From: Macrostomum hystrix
Taxonomy: Eukaryota > Animalia > Platyhelminthes
DNA: 64,000 bases
Direction of reading: 5' to 3'
NCBI GenBank assembly: GCA_950097015.1
Contig: CATNEN010000015.1
Span: 62,001-126,000, forward strand
Shown here: positions 60,501-64,000 of the stretch, in pieces
Position numbering within the stretch: position 1 is the stretch's first letter
How the letters are laid out: every line of letters starts with the position of its first letter
The notes under the pieces: generated by a model
Told to the model about the DNA's origin: nothing
Databases searched by the model: none
The model's input: the letters and a program-made list of their open reading frames with translations, nothing else
Translations under genes and position numbers: made by a program

Positions 60501-61368
60501 ACATTGAACCGAATATTGGTCCAAATCGTTTTCTGGAGGATATGGATAAGATTGCTTCCGGGCGCATCAACTTGTATTGCCACGCTTTGTATCCACTTTG
60601 TGGAGAGCATTTGCTGAAATTCCTCGACAACGCGGTGGTCTGAAATAGTGGGCTTTTCACAGGTTCACTTAGAATTAAATTTTGAAATAGCTGTAGTTGC
60701 TTGACGGTTCTTTCACCTTGAAATCTGTCATAAAAGACAGCTGCAGACTTGGCCGCGGACATGATGAGAACTGCCATTGCAGCTTTCAAAAAACTTTCCG
60801 TCTTTGGGTTTGTAGAAACTGTCAGCTCTAAAATTTTACAAGGACAAAGTCAAGGCGGTAGGCAATCGCAAAATTGAAGTCAGCATCAAGAAGACTCACT
60901 GTCGTCAGTTTGTAGGCAAGTTCGCTGGTCTCAAACGATAGTGATCGAGGGCACCTGCATGGCGCTGGAAATAAACGCGACCTCGGAAGTAAAGGAGCAA
61001 GATCCCACCACGATGACGCCGATCAACTTGGATGCATCGCAGACTGAAATGTTTCATTTTGAACACCGAAAAATTCTTTCAACTTACTATTTCAGAGGCA
61101 AACCTCAGGATTGTGCACCTCTCTGTACCGCTTCAAGTGCATCGGATGCCTGCACGAATACCTGCTCCATCGGACTGGCTCTGAAGGCTGGCCACTTCCA
61201 GTAGTTATTGACCAGCATGTCGACCGTGCGGCTAATGGCAGAGTTGTTGATGAGGCCGTTGTGGGCGACCACCAAAACACGAACGGCGCCGGCAGAGCAG
61301 CCCGGAACCCACCAGACCCAAAGTAAAATTGCGACTGCTGCCAGGCAGCTTCGTACAGCTTTCATCAT
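57578..61368 (-). pseudogene. Ionotropic receptor / iGluR-like gene 3, 13 exons, intact except for one in-frame TGA (codon 121, 60933-60931); pseudogene, null allele or readthrough gene
   Basis: Exons (minus): 61368-61119, 61043-60900, 60827-60717, 60639-60458, 60363-60151, 60056-59904, 59820-59587, 59451-59354, 59285-59192 (GC donor), 59079-58665, 58536-58331, 58119-57947, 57821-57578. All align to receptors 1 and 2. Exon 2 reads ...AMQVPSITIV*DQRTCL versus ...SLNIPAVAVIRGLCL in the paralogs. Confidence 0.82.
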
Positions 61369-62022
61369 AAAAGCCTTTTCTGGGCGGTATTACTGTGACC
61401 GAGTGCAGGTTTTAGCCTCACGGACAGGTGGCAGATGCACGTTTCACATTTATTCAGCTTTTCGCTGATGAATCTAATTAAATTGACCGCGCGTAGTCGA
61501 CAGCTTGTGTCATTAACCTCCGGAGTTCATTTTCATTCTTTGATTTCTTAGCTAACATATCGCGAATTTTCATTGCAGTAGCGGAGCTGTAATGACCATG
61601 CGGCATCGAATTCCTGGCAGTTCTCATTAGCAGCTATCGATTGATCCTTAATGGCAATAGCTGCTGCTGACTTTGATCCTAGTGCGCGCTTAACAATACT
61701 CAACCGGATCCTCTATGCCGATGGGCGTCAGTTCACGTGTGGCTTGCCCAATATCCCGAGACACATTGCCAGGTATGATGTCATAATTGGTATTATGAGC
61801 TGGAGTTGAATGTTTTTGCTGAGATATTTTGTTGATATGCCATGAGATTAAACTGTAGAGTGCAGAATTACGGTACTCGTACTATTTATTTTAACCAATC
61901 ATGCGCTAACTACTCTACTCATCTGCTTAGTAGTATTTTTAGAAAATGCGAACCAGAAAACATACGAGTACAGCATGTGATTCATTTTACCAAAAAAGGA
62001 GAATCGAATCATTCAAAAGTCA

Positions 62023-62513
62023 TGTGACTACTACGATTATTACTCGTATTAATAGTATCAAATCAATTTTTATGTCATAGGCAACCAGCGATCCCACCAA
62101 TCATGTTACCCAAAATCAATCAAAAGGTCAAGAAAGCGATAATCCATCTTTTTGCGCTTCTACTAGTTTAGTTGTAAAAAAGTCTATCCTCTCAAGTTGT
62201 CAAGCGTTGACCCAGACTTTTTGACACCAGTTTGACACCTGTACTTTAAACGCTCTCATCGAACCCGAGAGGGTCCGATTCTCTATAAATACAAGAGCTC
62301 CGAAGCGAGCCCAGATTCAGAGTCTCGCCGAGACGAGCAGAGTCTCGCCGAAAAGAGAAAACGGAGAGTCTGAAGTGAATCGGACTCCAGGTCCAAGACT
62401 TGTGGTAAGAGTTCCTTGAGTTATCCTCATTAATTATTTTATTAGACGGCGTTCTTGAGCTAAGTTAAACCTCTCCGAGTAACCGTTAAACCAACGATTA
62501 CAGCGTAATCACA
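62023..62513. mobile_element. Possible LTR-like segment (TGTGAC...ATCACA with an internal TATA-like CTATAAATA)
   Basis: TG...CA ends with short inverted termini and a TATA box. No TSD, PBS or retroelement ORF seen. Confidence 0.22.
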
Positions 62514-63419
62514 GACGTGTGATTCCATTGATTATACTACAAAGGGTGAGCGCCAGACTCGTGGTAAAACCTACCAAGAACGGCTGGTAAGAAGGAACAC
62601 ACTCCACAAGTGACTATTGGTTAACCGACATCAACGACAAATCAGAATCAGGAAGATACCACACCGGATTATAAATTAAATTAAATTCTCTTGCATTCAA
62701 ATGATCCAGGTACCAGGAAAGATCCAGGATCTTTCCAGGAAAGGCAACCAGAAGCCAAGCGCATCAAGCACTCGAAGCCTGCAGCAACCAAAGAGAGAGT
62801 GAGAGACAAGAGAACCACTAAACCAAGTAAGGTAAGATCTACAACTTCTGCTAATTAAGTATTAATTACTGGGGCACCCAGCAGTTGCTGGAAGTGATAA
62901 ATTCCTAAAAAGAGAAACTAGGAACTTATCAAAACTATCCTGCCGCTAATTATTTCACAAAAGAATAAAAAAGTTAAGCTGAACAAGTACGCTCGAACAT
63001 GCATAAAAACAGATTACAGAATCGTGCCTTTTCTGATTACTACCGTGAGACTAAGACTAGAGATAATTACACAGACCGAATCTTATAGAACGCAGTAGAA
63101 GTGCTGCCCAAATGAAATGTACTTTTGAACAGAAAATTTATTCCGTTTAAAGGGGGAAGATTTTCAGGACATTGTTTCTGAATTGTTTTGTTGAATTTAT
63201 TTGAATAATAGCATCTTCGACCGATTCTTATCGACGTTTAATTCTTCGAACCTTTCCAAACCTTTGATGAGGTGTCGGTGCATTTAAGAGGGCAGACCTA
63301 TTATTAAGCATTCGACTCAAGCTGACTCAAGCATCTAGCTAAGTGTCTGGAGTGGAGTGCGAGCTACCAGAGTGCAACGAACAGTGCTTCTCTTGTCCTT
63401 TGTGCGGTCCGAGCCGCTT

Positions 63420-63663
63420 CTAGAATCCCGGAAAATCGAGCGGCTCCTTTTTCATGACGAACACCCACAGCAGCTCAACTGCTAGCAGCAGGACCCCGCA
63501 GACGTACAATGCGAGGCTGACGATGCAGGCACCACCGACACCCTCCAGAGGAATTGCGTCAGCCTCTGCTGCCGCACTGGCTGCCGTGCCGCACTCAGCA
63601 CTCTGTGGAATGAACTTGCCCGTGATCATGCCCATCACGCCGTTGGCCTTGCTCCGCTGGATT
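63420..63663 (-). CDS. Last coding exon (M4 and C-tail) of ionotropic receptor-like gene 4; the rest lies beyond the right edge
   Basis: CAG acceptor at 63666-63664, then IQRSKANGVMGMITGKFIPQSAECG...IPLEGVGGACIVSL...EPLDFPGF*, closely similar to the last exon of receptor 3. Confidence 0.85.
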
Positions 63664-63692
63664 CTGCGGGACAGGCCAGGTGTTTTTTGTTA

Positions 63693-63794
63693 GACCTGCA
63701 CTGCATGACCTGCACTGCATGACCTGCACTGCATGACCTGCACTGCATGACCTGCACTGCATGACCTGCACTGCATGACCTGCACTGCATGACC
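63693..63794. repeat. 14-bp minisatellite (GACCTGCACTGCAT) in the last intron of receptor 4
   Basis: About 7 units. Confidence 0.92.
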
Positions 63795-64000
63795 GGTTCA
63801 AAAATCTATACAAATCGATATATTTATTTTGAGTAAGTTGGAGTATTGGAATGACAATAGCTCAAAATTAAAGATAAATTCAATAACTGAGGTTATTAAA
63901 ACAAGCGCATGTCGCTAAGGGAGCAAAATTTGGCTACTTCGCAGCTGTTTCTCGAGCCTCTGTCATCTGTGCTATGCAATGTGCCAGTAACTCTGTAAAT

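Noticed and set aside
60931-60933. In-frame TGA as selenocysteine
   Set aside because: It aligns with Arg, not Cys, in the paralogs, and no SECIS-like element was recognised after the stop.

Overview
Eukaryotic, intron-rich and minisatellite-rich genomic DNA. The style (GC-rich exons, short introns, many tandem arrays, a spliced-leader-like motif) suggests a free-living flatworm such as Macrostomum; this is inference. Main contents: (1) a complete 7-exon DIS3L exoribonuclease gene on the minus strand (12326-29866). Its third intron holds two paralogous 8-exon genes on the opposite strand, encoding secreted CAP-EGF-EGF proteins with an unrecognised C-terminal domain. (2) An intronless invertebrate claudin-like gene (37863-38639, +). 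(3) A tandem cluster of four ionotropic-receptor/iGluR-like genes on the minus strand (41.5-64 kb): two intact 13-exon genes, one 13-exon gene with a single in-frame TGA, and the last exon of a fourth. (4) Transposon remnants (mariner, a MITE pair, a 47-bp TIR-only element, hAT-like ends, a Helitron-like end) and more than 15 tandem repeats. All exon structures were built by hand from splice sites and checked for reading-frame continuity. The most notable observations are a ~1.1 kb, ~99% identical tract (introns included) shared by two otherwise diverged receptors, the isolated premature stop in receptor 3, the nested CAP gene pair, a degenerate spliced-leader copy, and a sharply bounded CpG-depleted block.
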